Shown here: piece after piece, positions 1 to 11,441 of the stretch
Numbering within the stretch: the first letter of the stretch is position 1
How the letters are laid out: each line of letters begins with the position of its first letter
NCBI GenBank assembly: GCA_964558935.1
Contig: CAZLFP010000002.1
Span: forward strand, 16,356-80,355
Direction: 5' to 3'
From: an uncultured Gammaproteobacteria bacterium
GTDB lineage: Bacteria > Patescibacteriota > Patescibacteriia > 2-01-FULL-39-33
Length of the DNA stretch: 64,000 bases
Notes under the pieces: model-generated
Told to the model about the DNA's origin: nothing
Seen by the model: the letters and a program-made list of their open reading frames with translations, nothing else
The model's database searches: none
Translations under genes and position numbers: made by a program

Positions 1-1
1 T

Positions 2-1567
2 GGTTTAGATAAACAAGATGAACAAGCTTTAATTGATAATTACTACTCTCAATTTGAAATTTCCTTAGCTGAAAAACAACAAGCTTTTGAATTAGCAAAG
101 ACGTTTTTTTCGCTAAATTTAGACAAATATTTGTTTAATCAACCCAAAGGAACCAAGCGAGAAAGAAAGGAAGTGGCCAAAGCATTATTATCAGAGTATT
201 TGGAAAAAGACGAATTAAAAGAAGCACATCCAGAAATAAAAGAGTACATAAAAAATGAGTTTGAAGAGTATTTGGAACAAGCTGTTTCGCAAGCCATTTT
301 GGATCAGGAATTAAGAGTGGATGGTCGTACCTTAACACAGATTCGACCATTGTTGGCTGAAGTTGGCCTATTACCCAGAACACATGGTACAGGCCTGTTT
401 TCACGAGGAGAAACTCAGGTTATGAGTATTGTCACCTTGGGATCACCGGGAGATGCCCAAATTATGGATGAGATGACTCAAGATGACACTAAAAAGCACT
501 ATATGCATTTCTATAACTGCCCTCCGTATGCCTTTGGCGAGGCCGGTGCATTCCGAGGAGCGGGTCGCAGAGAAATTGGACACGGTGCGCTTGCTGAAAA
601 AGCTTTAATCCCGGTTTTACCGACTAAAGATGATTTTCCTTACACCATCTTGGTTGTATCTGAAGTTATGGGCTCAAACGGCTCTTCTTCCATGGCATCA
701 ACCTGCGGTTCAACTTTAGCTCTGATGGATGCCGGTGTACCTCTTAAGAAGCCGGTGGCCGGTATTGCGATGGGATTGGCTTCAAATGACCAAACTTACC
801 GAATTTTAACTGATTTACAAGACTTGGAAGACGGTCCTGGTGGTATGGACTTCAAGATTACAGGCACTGAAGATGGCATTACAGCCATTCAAATGGATAC
901 AAAAACTCAAGGTTTAAGCCTGGAAATATGTCAAAAAACCATTGACCAAGCTAAACAGGCCAGATTAGAGATACTGGATGTTATGGCCAAAGCTATTGCT
1001 GAACCGCGTTCTGAGTTATCTGAATTTGCGCCTAGAATAATTAGTTTTAGAATTGAGCCTGAGAAGATCGGTGAAGTGATTGGACCCAGTGGTAAGGTAA
1101 TAAACGCCATTATTGACGAATGTCAGGTGGAGATAGACATTGAAGATGATGGTTTGGTGATGATAACCGGCTTGCAAGCACAAGGAGCAGCTAAGGCTCA
1201 AGAGATAATCCAAAATATTGTCAAAGAGGTTGAAGTCGGTGAGATTTACGACGGTAAGGTCACTCGCATTATGGATTTTGGTGCTTTTGTGCAAATATTG
1301 CCGGGTAAAGAAGGTATGGTGCATATCTCTGAATTTTCCAACCAGCGCGTTGACAAGATTGGTGATGTGGCTAAAATCGGAGATGTTTTTAAAGTTAAAG
1401 TGATTGAAATTGATAGGATGGGAAGAATTAACTTGTCAGTTAAACAGGCTGATCCTAAGTACCAACCGGATCAGGATTCTAGACGCAGAAAGCCGAATGA
1501 CAGAGGTCCTCAGGATAGACGTCAGCATAAAGATCGAGATAGAAGAAATTTTAACAAGCGCAGATAA
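2..1567 (+). CDS. pnp: Polyribonucleotide nucleotidyltransferase (PNPase), 5'-truncated by window edge
   Basis: Frame open from nt 2; RNase PH motifs ([30 protein letters not shown]) followed by KH and S1 domains. Confidence 0.97.
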   Translation, partial: GLDKQDEQALIDNYYSQFEISLAEKQQAFELAKTFFSLNLDKYLFNQPKGTKRERKEVAKALLSEYLEKDELKEAHPEIKEYIKNEFEEYLEQAVSQAILDQELRVDGRTLTQIRPLLAEVGLLPRTHGTGLFSRGETQVMSIVTLGSPGDAQIMDEMTQDDTKKHYMHFYNCPPYAFGEAGAFRGAGRREIGHGALAEKALIPVLPTKDDFPYTILVVSEVMGSNGSSSMASTCGSTLALMDAGVPLKKPVAGIAMGLASNDQTYRILTDLQDLEDGPGGMDFKITGTEDGITAIQMDTKTQGLSLEICQKTIDQAKQARLEILDVMAKAIAEPRSELSEFAPRIISFRIEPEKIGEVIGPSGKVINAIIDECQVEIDIEDDGLVMITGLQAQGAAKAQEIIQNIVKEVEVGEIYDGKVTRIMDFGAFVQILPGKEGMVHISEFSNQRVDKIGDVAKIGDVFKVKVIEIDRMGRINLSVKQADPKYQPDQDSRRRKPNDRGPQDRRQHKDRDRRNFNKRR

Positions 1568-1585
1568 AAAGGGTATAATGTAGGA

Positions 1586-2905
1586 ATGATATTCCCTTGG
1601 TTAAGACAAAAAAGGATCTTCCAGCATCACAGACTGATTATTATGTCTGGGTTGGGGGTTCTTTTTTGTTTATTATTGGCTTATTCCATTTACCAACAAT
1701 ATTACAAAGATACCCTCTTAGGGTATATACCGGAATCATCTAAAATCTACCTGCATCTTAATCGTCCGACTTTTAAGACCAGACTCTCATTAGATAATCT
1801 GATTTTCAAGCTTTTTAATTCTTTTGATATACGGGATTTTAAGCCGGCCTGGATTAAAAGAGAAATGGCGGTGATGGAAAAAGACAATCAGTTTTATCTG
1901 GTTGTTCGAACACATAGTCAGCAACTGGTTAAGCGATTTCTGCAAGAAAATGATGTTAACCATGGCTGGTTGGACGGCAGTCGAGTTGTAATTGGAGAAT
2001 TTCCACCGGATTTTCATTTTGACAAGCATAAAATTATCGTTAAACAGCTTAACCGAAGCTTTAGATGGCCTTCAGATCTGAAACTGTATATGAATACTGG
2101 TTTAATTAACGAGTCTCAGGCATTAGATTACCAGATGATCAAACAGATGTTATTCAACACGTCCGGACATCTCTATTTGTCAGGTCGTTTTAAGCAAGAT
2201 AAGCTGCTCGTTAGTATCAACGACACAAAAGCCCATGATTTTGATTTACCGGAGATGTTTGAGGCGTATGATTTTAATCTGTACAGTCATCGTGCCGAAT
2301 ACCTCGATCCTTTTCTAAATCAGATTTTAGCTGTTTCACAGGATGAATACGCCGTAATCCAAGATTATTTGACCGGCTGGCAAACAGATTTTAAATTGGA
2401 TTTGACAAGTTCCCTGTATAAGAAATTAACTCAATCCAAAGTGTTGGTTTTAGTGCAGCAGGCTACCAGTACCGATGATTATCTAACAGATTACCGCTTT
2501 CATGTGAACTTTGAATTGCCCCAGGCTTTGGATTTCGAACAGATTGCACAAATGGAAGAAATCTTAAAAAACATTCTGGCTCAAAAGTATCCAACGCCAG
2601 TCAAGCAATCTTTAACAGATGGCACAATAATAACCGAGTTGTTGCCGGTTACTGACGAATACACTTTTGTCTCACAAAATGGATTTGAAACATTAATTGT
2701 TCAAGATCAGCTACTGGCGTATCAAGTGAGAGACAACCACCTAGCCATCACCAACAGCCGTGATTTAATGGCTAATTACAACGTAGCTGTAGCAAAAGAC
2801 TATTTAAGTCTTAAGACTCAACTCTTACCACAGACCGAGGTACTGGATTGGTTAAAAGCTTTTGAAACAATAGCTTTAGAAAATAATTCTCTGGTGTTGG
2901 AATAA
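1586..2905 (+). CDS. Hypothetical protein with N-terminal membrane anchor
   Basis: 439-aa ORF with one hydrophobic N-terminal helix; TATAAT 6 nt before ATG. Confidence 0.75.
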   Translation: MIFPWLRQKRIFQHHRLIIMSGLGVLFCLLLAYSIYQQYYKDTLLGYIPESSKIYLHLNRPTFKTRLSLDNLIFKLFNSFDIRDFKPAWIKREMAVMEKDNQFYLVVRTHSQQLVKRFLQENDVNHGWLDGSRVVIGEFPPDFHFDKHKIIVKQLNRSFRWPSDLKLYMNTGLINESQALDYQMIKQMLFNTSGHLYLSGRFKQDKLLVSINDTKAHDFDLPEMFEAYDFNLYSHRAEYLDPFLNQILAVSQDEYAVIQDYLTGWQTDFKLDLTSSLYKKLTQSKVLVLVQQATSTDDYLTDYRFHVNFELPQALDFEQIAQMEEILKNILAQKYPTPVKQSLTDGTIITELLPVTDEYTFVSQNGFETLIVQDQLLAYQVRDNHLAITNSRDLMANYNVAVAKDYLSLKTQLLPQTEVLDWLKAFETIALENNSLVLE

Positions 2906-2909
2906 TAAA

Positions 2910-2934
2910 ACCCGTCACAAGACAAGTGACGGGT
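2910..2934. terminator. Hairpin between convergent genes
   Basis: ACCCGTCAC/GTGACGGGT inverted repeat. Confidence 0.65.
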
Positions 2935-2943
2935 AATTCTTGT

Positions 2944-3510
2944 TTATTGAACAAAAGCTCGTTCGTTGTTTTGTCCAATGGTAATGCCAGCACGCAATCC
3001 CAGTTGAATCGCTTTGCTCAGTAGATACTGACCTTCTTCCGATTGCAGAAAGTCCCGCATTCCCTCCAGCTTGGAACCCGAGATGCCCATTACCAGAAAG
3101 TCGACCACTTGAGTCTCTGGGATCTGTGAGAATTCCTTTTCATACTCAGCTTGAGCTTTCTGGGCTGCTGCTAGCGAGGTATGCTGTGCGACTCGAGCCC
3201 AGTAAAAGGGTTTTGAACAGATCACTTCGAATGTCAGCTTCAATTCAGTCTTTGACTGATCCGTCTCTGACTGATCCGTTAGCACACGGACATCGTGAGC
3301 ATGACAGCGCAACGGGCCAATATGGAATGTGACCAAGATACCAGCCTGAATGGCTTCTAACGGTTGGTCATCTGCATAGCTCGCGACTGAAAAAATACGG
3401 TCTTTGAGTTCATCAGGCGAGATAACTTTCACTCGCCAAGCCTGTTGTTTAGACTGGGTGGGGTCTGTCTCCAAAACCACTCCGGTTAGCATTGGTTCTG
3501 TGTTGCTCAA
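2944..3510 (-). CDS. Orphan hypothetical protein
   Basis: 188-aa ORF; TTG start 7 nt after AAAGGAGG; own TTGACG promoter upstream. Confidence 0.7.
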   Translation of the reverse strand: MSNTEPMLTGVVLETDPTQSKQQAWRVKVISPDELKDRIFSVASYADDQPLEAIQAGILVTFHIGPLRCHAHDVRVLTDQSETDQSKTELKLTFEVICSKPFYWARVAQHTSLAAAQKAQAEYEKEFSQIPETQVVDFLVMGISGSKLEGMRDFLQSEEGQYLLSKAIQLGLRAGITIGQNNERAFVQ

Positions 3511-3604
3511 GATCGCGCCTCCTTTTGGTTTGAAACTAAACTGGACGATCTAACTGTATTATATCTCAGACTGATCGTCAAGAGTCTATTTTATAATCAA
3601 CGAT

Positions 3605-3715
3605 TAATCCACAGCCATATTTATTTAAATTTAGATAAATATATGCTTTGTACACATAATTTGTTCACAAGTGGTGGATAAGTCTGTAGATATCCACAGA
3701 ATCAGATGTGTATAA
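3605..3715. promoter_or_regulatory. DnaA-box cluster
   Basis: Six 9-mers within 1 mismatch of TTWTNCACA (3605, 3648, 3661, 3673 rc, 3690, 3707 rc perfect) in AT-rich intergenic DNA. Confidence 0.65.
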
Positions 3716-3762
3716 GTTGGTGAGAGTGATTTTAATTAGCTAAATTTAGCTATATAATAGTC

Positions 3763-3791
3763 TTGACCCGGTTAAAAAAATATGCTATAAT
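3763..3791 (+). promoter_or_regulatory. Sigma70 promoter
   Basis: TTGACC-17nt-TATAAT with extended TG. Confidence 0.8.
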
Positions 3792-3797
3792 GACTAC

Positions 3798-4160
3798 AGT
3801 TAGTTGAAATTGTACCTTAGTAATTAATATTTGGAGAAAATTGCGATTAAACCGCGTATTAATCTCAGTTTTCTGTTTTCTACTAGGTTAACACGAAATC
3901 CGGAGGGACCGTGAGCTAACCTCCCAACCCATGCAACTGGTGCGGTCATAGGCTGACCCCAACAGAGAGAGGTACTCCTGTGGCCACAACCAAGGTAGAA
4001 AACTGGCTTCAGCTCAAGAAGCGCTTATACACCCCCTACGATAGTCATTTCTGCCGCTGATCCTCGTGGATTAGTCCAGAACAGTCCTAGGGCCGTAGGC
4101 GCAAGCACCCATACATTAATTATACATATAATAGGGGCGCAGCTTGCGCCTCTTTTTTTT
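3798..4160 (+). ncRNA. Candidate structured ncRNA of unknown family
   Basis: Consensus promoter, no credible ORF, several nested helices with G-U pairs on + strand, intrinsic terminator. Confidence 0.55.
4133..4160 (+). terminator. Intrinsic terminator
   Basis: AGGGGCGCA/TGCGCCTCT stem followed by T-tract. Confidence 0.8.
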
Positions 4161-4207
4161 GTTAAATATTTGGTATAATACAATAACTTACTCATAGCAA
4201 TATTCGT

Positions 4208-4555
4208 ATGGATCAAACCACTCTTCAAGAACTCAAACAAATGCTGGAACAGAGAAAGCAAGAATTAATTAAACAGTTGGAAACGGTTGGTCATAAGGCA
4301 GAGGGAGAAGATAACTATGATGCCAATTTTCCTCAATATGGGGATTCAGCTGAAGACAATGCCATTGAAGTGGCGGATTATGCCACTAATTTGTCTTTGG
4401 AAAGAGAATTGGAACCGGAATTGAAAGATATTGACAAAGCTTTGGAAAGGATTAAAGAAGGCACCTATGGTAAATGCGAGAAGTGTGGCCAGGATATTGA
4501 TTTGGCCAGACTAAAAGTTATGCCATCTGCAACTGAATGTGTTAAGTGTAAATAA
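4208..4555 (+). CDS. DksA/TraR family C4 zinc-finger protein
   Basis: Coiled coil with acidic tip; YGKCEKCG...RL...P.ATECVKC. Confidence 0.88.
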   Translation: MDQTTLQELKQMLEQRKQELIKQLETVGHKAEGEDNYDANFPQYGDSAEDNAIEVADYATNLSLERELEPELKDIDKALERIKEGTYGKCEKCGQDIDLARLKVMPSATECVKCK

Positions 4556-5008
4556 ATGAAGTTGGCAGTCAAAGTGTTGATAATTAATCTGGCTGTGTTT
4601 AGCTTGTATTTAGTTGATAGGGTTTTAAAATATATATTCTCTACCCACGGTGGAGAATATTTTATTTTAGGCAATTGGTTAAAACTACAATTAGCCTATA
4701 ATCCGGGAATTGCGTTTGGGTTGCCGCTGAATTATCTGCTGATTCTGTGTCTGTACTGTTTCATCTTATTTTTCTTAATCAGCCACTTGGTCAGTTGCTA
4801 TCTGCACAAGAAGCTGCTTAAAATACTCAGCTTGTCTCTTATTCTAGTCGGTGCTTTTTCCAATTTGTTGGACAGATTATATGTGGGGCGAGTGATAGAC
4901 TATATAGATGTGAAGTATTACAGTATTTTTAACTTGGCGGATGCCCTGATAGTAACGGGTGTGGTGATTCTGATTTGGTTGGTTTTTAAAGAGAGAGATC
5001 AAGTTTAG
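4556..5008 (+). CDS. lspA: Lipoprotein signal peptidase II
   Basis: NPGIAFG, GAFSNLLDR, VIDYI, FNLAD motifs. Confidence 0.93.
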   Translation: MKLAVKVLIINLAVFSLYLVDRVLKYIFSTHGGEYFILGNWLKLQLAYNPGIAFGLPLNYLLILCLYCFILFFLISHLVSCYLHKKLLKILSLSLILVGAFSNLLDRLYVGRVIDYIDVKYYSIFNLADALIVTGVVILIWLVFKERDQV

Positions 5009-5098
5009 ACAACCAGCCCTGTTTAACTTCACCGGAAGTTAGACAGGGCTTTCTTGTATAAGAGAAAAACGGCTAACCAAGTGTTAGCCGTTTTAAGT

Positions 5099-5554
5099 TT
5101 AGCCTCGCAAGAAGAACGTAGCCATTTTCCGCACCGCCCTATCTGCTGCTTCAGGATTACCTCCCCCGTTTCTGGCCATATCATAGGCCTGTTTGAGTTG
5201 AGTCAAACTCTGAGCGTTCTCAACCATTACAAAAGCTGCTTTTTTGGCAGAACCGGTGTGTGCCGGAGCATATTTTGCCAGCAGCTCGGCTTCTTCAAAG
5301 GAGCCGCAATCTTTAAGCGCTTTGCTGACCAAGATATTGAGCAGTCGGTAAGCGGCCCTTCCTTGGTGGCTGTCTACCCCGAATTCTTTCAGGGTTTGCC
5401 AGCATTGCATCATGCTTAAGGAATTGTCCATTGGAATTTGGCCGAAAGCATCTTCTATTTCAGCCCGGGACAAGCCGGTTTTGTCCATCATGACCGAGAC
5501 GTCTATCTGTGTATAGTCCAAGTCATTGATGGGTTTGGGATGGCCTTTGTACAT
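5099..5554 (-). CDS. Orphan helical hypothetical protein
   Basis: Start moved to ATG 5554, 7 nt after AGGAGG; TTGACA-17-TATATT promoter overlapping the end of the upstream gene. Confidence 0.65.
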   Translation of the reverse strand: MYKGHPKPINDLDYTQIDVSVMMDKTGLSRAEIEDAFGQIPMDNSLSMMQCWQTLKEFGVDSHQGRAAYRLLNILVSKALKDCGSFEEAELLAKYAPAHTGSAKKAAFVMVENAQSLTQLKQAYDMARNGGGNPEAADRAVRKMATFFLRG

Positions 5555-5625
5555 CGTGTTCCCTCCTGTTGTCATGCCATAACCACCAGTTCTTTCAATA
5601 TATGAGAACAAGTCAGATTTGTCAA

Positions 5626-6894
5626 TTATCTGATGTAGTTTAACGGGTTAACCCGATTGCCATTTATTCTAACCTCAAAATGAAGATGGGCACCGGTTGA
5701 ATAACCGGTAGATCCTTCCAAGCCAATTACTTCTCCCTTTTGAACTTTCTGGCCGGGTTGAACCAAGATACGGCTGAAGTGGCCATACAAGGTTTGCAGT
5801 CCATTGCCGTGGTCAATTATAACATTGTAGCCATAACCGTATCTTAAATACTGAGTTCGAGATACAACGCCGGCTTGAACCGCTCGAATGGTTTTGCCAT
5901 TGCCACAGGCGATATCAACACCAGTGTGACGCCAACCACGGTAGTATTGCGTAATGCGACGACATTCACTGGGCCAATACATTTTGCCGTCGCTTGACAA
6001 AGTGGGTACTGTATAGGTAGGTGTGTCCACAGTACTGGCGTAAGTTCTAGGTGCGGAGGTATAGATAATACGTCCGCCCGGCACCATAATGGTTTCTCCA
6101 ACCGCCAGTAAATCATCACTGCCGACACGATTATACTCTCTAATTTTCTCGGCTTCAGCGTCGTATTTCTTGGCAATACTCAACAAGGTGTCCCCGCTTT
6201 TAACAGTGTGCAAAACACCGGAGGTGGGAGGGATGGCCAATTTTTGGCCTGGTTTAATAATGGAGTATGAAGACAGATTGTTGGCCCAGAGCAAGGTGTT
6301 AACAGAGACGTCAAAGTCACTGGCAATACTGCCAATACTGTCTCCTTCCTTGACTTCATATTCTTTAACACTGGTTCTGGTTATCTTAGCCGCTTCTGTA
6401 CTAACCAAATCCGGCTTTACCAAAGTGGTACCGCCTTGAGTGGTAGCTAAGACAGAATCCTGTTGTTCATCTAAGATTTCTTCTTCTCTTTTTTGAGCTT
6501 CAGAGTAAATATGACTTCTTAGGAAGGTATTTTCTCCTTGGTAGCTGGTGATACCGGATTCATCTATGACTGAATATGCATCTTCAATGGTTTCCAAATT
6601 TTCCAAACCCACAATATTGTAGATCAGAGCGTCTTGTCCGTAATTTTCATTGTTCTCATAAGCTAAAATGTTGGAAGTGGTAATTAACACGGCCATGATA
6701 ATCACCACACCATGGATGACATAGTGATTGGTTAAACTTAAGATGATCTTGTCTTGGGTGGTGTCTGCCTTGGATGAGTATTTGATTCTAAACCAACGGT
6801 ATTTATCGTAAACAGGTAGGATCAGGAATTTAAACAGGCCTTTCTGTATAAATTTTAAAGGATAAACGGTTAAATAAAAAAAAGGCTTGAGCAT
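5626..6894 (-). CDS. LysM-domain M23 family peptidoglycan peptidase
   Basis: Two LysM repeats, HTGVDI and HLHFE motifs; frame stays open about 28 codons further upstream. Confidence 0.92.
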   Translation of the reverse strand: MLKPFFYLTVYPLKFIQKGLFKFLILPVYDKYRWFRIKYSSKADTTQDKIILSLTNHYVIHGVVIIMAVLITTSNILAYENNENYGQDALIYNIVGLENLETIEDAYSVIDESGITSYQGENTFLRSHIYSEAQKREEEILDEQQDSVLATTQGGTTLVKPDLVSTEAAKITRTSVKEYEVKEGDSIGSIASDFDVSVNTLLWANNLSSYSIIKPGQKLAIPPTSGVLHTVKSGDTLLSIAKKYDAEAEKIREYNRVGSDDLLAVGETIMVPGGRIIYTSAPRTYASTVDTPTYTVPTLSSDGKMYWPSECRRITQYYRGWRHTGVDIACGNGKTIRAVQAGVVSRTQYLRYGYGYNVIIDHGNGLQTLYGHFSRILVQPGQKVQKGEVIGLEGSTGYSTGAHLHFEVRINGNRVNPLNYIR

Positions 6895-7068
6895 TATCCA
6901 TAGCCAGCCGAAGCCCTTGAAAGTAAGGGTTATGAGTCGAGTGATTATTTTTTTCAGTTGAAAACTGATATTATTAACTTATATCAAGATAAATTACGCT
7001 AGTAATTATATAACTATTCTGTCATTTTGTCAATTCAGATAATGACAGATTTATGCTACATTTAGTGT

Positions 7069-7995
7069 ATGTTGAAGCCGGAATTAATTCAAGCTGTTTA
7101 CGCCGTAGTCTGCTATTACGATCTGTTCGACTACCCAGTTACGTGGTTGGAGGTTTTTAAGGTCGTTAAAGTCAGGACGGATTTAATGAGTGTTAAGCAT
7201 GCTTTAACTAATTTACACATACAGGGTAAACTTGAAAGCAAGTTTGGCCATTATTTTTTACCTCACAGATCAAGTTTGGTTGCAGACAAGAAGCGTAAAC
7301 TGTTAATTGCCAATGAAAAATACCAAAAAGCCAAGCGGATTATCCGACTCTTAATTTGTTTTCCATTCATTCGAGCGATAGCCATTAGTGGTTCTTTGGC
7401 TTATTCCAATGCTGAGATCGGCAGTGATATTGATTTGTTCGTCATTACTAAACGGCGCAAAGTTTGGACAGCTCGCTTTTTCGTCCTATTCTTTTTGAAA
7501 ATCTTTAGATTAAGACCCACACAAGAAAAAAAGCAAGATAAAATATGTTTAAGCTTTCTATGTGATGAATCTCATTTAGCTTTGAATACCATATCTCATT
7601 ACACCAGTGGTTACCATTTTCCAGTCTGGCTCAGCCAATTTAACTTTCTATTTCAAACAGATGAGATTTTTTGGTTAGACAACGGTTGGTTGGTCAATCA
7701 TTTACCCAATTTCTATCCTCAGAGGATCAGTCAGAGACGACAGATTAATGACACTTGGCTGAGCTTGGGACTCAGACGAGTGTCGGAATTGGCTTTAAGT
7801 TCACCTGTGATTGAAAAGTGGTTACGGGCCTACCAGTTGAAAGTGATGCCTCAAGTTTACCAAGCACAAGCTGACAACCAGCAGGATGTTGTATTATTAC
7901 AGTACATGGTTAAAACTCATTTAAGCCGGCAAGGTCGGCAATATGATAATTTACTCACTCACAGATTAAACCAGCTTAGGTATGAACAAACTTAA
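7069..7995 (+). CDS. Pol-beta-like nucleotidyltransferase domain protein
   Basis: SGSLAY...SDIDLFV motif. Confidence 0.75.
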   Translation: MLKPELIQAVYAVVCYYDLFDYPVTWLEVFKVVKVRTDLMSVKHALTNLHIQGKLESKFGHYFLPHRSSLVADKKRKLLIANEKYQKAKRIIRLLICFPFIRAIAISGSLAYSNAEIGSDIDLFVITKRRKVWTARFFVLFFLKIFRLRPTQEKKQDKICLSFLCDESHLALNTISHYTSGYHFPVWLSQFNFLFQTDEIFWLDNGWLVNHLPNFYPQRISQRRQINDTWLSLGLRRVSELALSSPVIEKWLRAYQLKVMPQVYQAQADNQQDVVLLQYMVKTHLSRQGRQYDNLLTHRLNQLRYEQT

Positions 7996-9259
7996 AAAAC
8001 TCGTCACCCATTTGATTTATTTACTCATTTTATTACTGCCGGTCCAGACCGTTTATCTGATACCGCGTCTCATAGACGGTGAAAAATGGCAGTATGGGAG
8101 TCTCATTATCTATGCCTGGGAGATAGTGCTTTGGCCAACCTTGTTTTTGGGTCTGGTCTACTTAGTCCAAGCCCGGAAAATACAGTTTAAAAAAATAGAG
8201 CTAAATAAGTTTAAGGTGGTGGTTTTAAGCTGGCTACTTGTTATTTTAACTGGTCTGGGCATTATTTGGGCCGGAGATCAATTACTGGCAGCTTATGCTT
8301 GGTTGAGATTAGTTGAGATAATGGCGTTGATGTTTTTGGTTTTAAATTTGGATTTGGAATTGATTAAAATTGCCAAGATTTTGACTTTTGTGGGAGCGGT
8401 GGAAGCTTTACTGGGCAGCTTCCAATTTGTCACTCAACAGGTTATGGCCTGCAAATGGTTGGGTATGGCACAGCATTTACCCGTTGAATTAACTTCATTT
8501 GTGGTCGACACCGGCAGTCATCGTTGGCTGCGAGCCTATGGTACTTTTGCTCATCCCAATATTCTGGGTGGTGTTTTGGTTGTCTGCCTGCTGGCTGCCC
8601 TTTGGTTGTATTTAATTCACAAACCGGGTTGGACTAAAGTTCTGGCAGCTGCTAGTCTGCCCATAATTGCGATTGGTTTGTTTTTTAGTTTTTCCAGGAG
8701 CGCTTGGTTGGCTTTAATGGCCGGTTTAATTATTTTAGTCTGGCAATTAAGATTGGAAAACAAGATTAAGCATTTAATTAGACCCTGTTTGTATTTGTTG
8801 GTTGTTGGCATTATGCTGTGTTTGGTGTATTGGCCTTTGGTCAATACTCGTTTAACCATCAAGGACAGATTGGAAGAGAAATCTGTGGAACAGAGATTGA
8901 GCTACCTAGACCAAGCCAAACTACTCTCCAAACGCAAGATGTTTCAAGGTACGGGCTTAGGCAATTACACGGTTGAGCTCATGTCAGCTTATCCTCGGCA
9001 AGCAGTCTGGGAATACCAGCCGGTTCATAATATCTATCTGCTAGCCTTAGTGGAATTGGGCATATTTGGCTGGCTGGCTTGGTGTTTGATCATCTGGATA
9101 GCCATTTGGCAAAAGCATAACCGGTCAATATCTTTGGCTTGGCTGGTCAGCTTGCTGGTCATTGGTTTTTGGGATCATTATCTATGGACTCAACTGGTTG
9201 GTTTAAGTCTGTTTTGGCTGGTCTTAGCCTTTAATTTTAGAGAAAAATTCGAGACTTGA
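7982..9259 (+). CDS. O-antigen ligase family membrane protein
   Basis: Polytopic; RAYGTFAHPN, SRSAW, GTGLGNY, HNIYL motifs. Confidence 0.88.
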   Translation: MNKLKKLVTHLIYLLILLLPVQTVYLIPRLIDGEKWQYGSLIIYAWEIVLWPTLFLGLVYLVQARKIQFKKIELNKFKVVVLSWLLVILTGLGIIWAGDQLLAAYAWLRLVEIMALMFLVLNLDLELIKIAKILTFVGAVEALLGSFQFVTQQVMACKWLGMAQHLPVELTSFVVDTGSHRWLRAYGTFAHPNILGGVLVVCLLAALWLYLIHKPGWTKVLAAASLPIIAIGLFFSFSRSAWLALMAGLIILVWQLRLENKIKHLIRPCLYLLVVGIMLCLVYWPLVNTRLTIKDRLEEKSVEQRLSYLDQAKLLSKRKMFQGTGLGNYTVELMSAYPRQAVWEYQPVHNIYLLALVELGIFGWLAWCLIIWIAIWQKHNRSISLAWLVSLLVIGFWDHYLWTQLVGLSLFWLVLAFNFREKFET

Positions 9260-9299
9260 CAGATATCTGGGATTTGTTAAAATACTAATTGATTAATAT

Positions 9300-9326
9300 T
9301 TAGCACTCTATTATATGGAGTGCTAA
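9300..9326. promoter_or_regulatory. CIRCE element (HrcA operator)
   Basis: Perfect TTAGCACTC-N9-GAGTGCTAA upstream of groES. Confidence 0.96.
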
Positions 9327-9357
9327 TTTAACTCACAAGATTCATAATACTAAAACT

Positions 9358-11297
<1,940 letters not shown>

Positions 11298-11308
11298 ATT
11301 TAAGTGAC

Positions 11309-11337
11309 AAAGAAGCGGTTAATAACCGCTTCTTTTT
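11309..11337 (+). terminator. Intrinsic terminator of groESL
   Basis: AAAGAAGCGGTT/AACCGCTTCTTT plus T-tract. Confidence 0.8.
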
Positions 11338-11441
11338 GTATTGACACATTGACAAAAGTGTGTTAAACTCCACCTGGTTCTTTGAATTTTAACACCGGCA
11401 TCTAGCCGAACAAACGCAGGTCTCAACAGAGGAGTCTGAAT

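Noticed and set aside
3830-4030. RNase P RNA, SRP RNA, T-box or group I intron
   Set aside because: No GAGGAAAGUCC/P4 pairing, SRP helix 8, T-box or convincing P7 motifs
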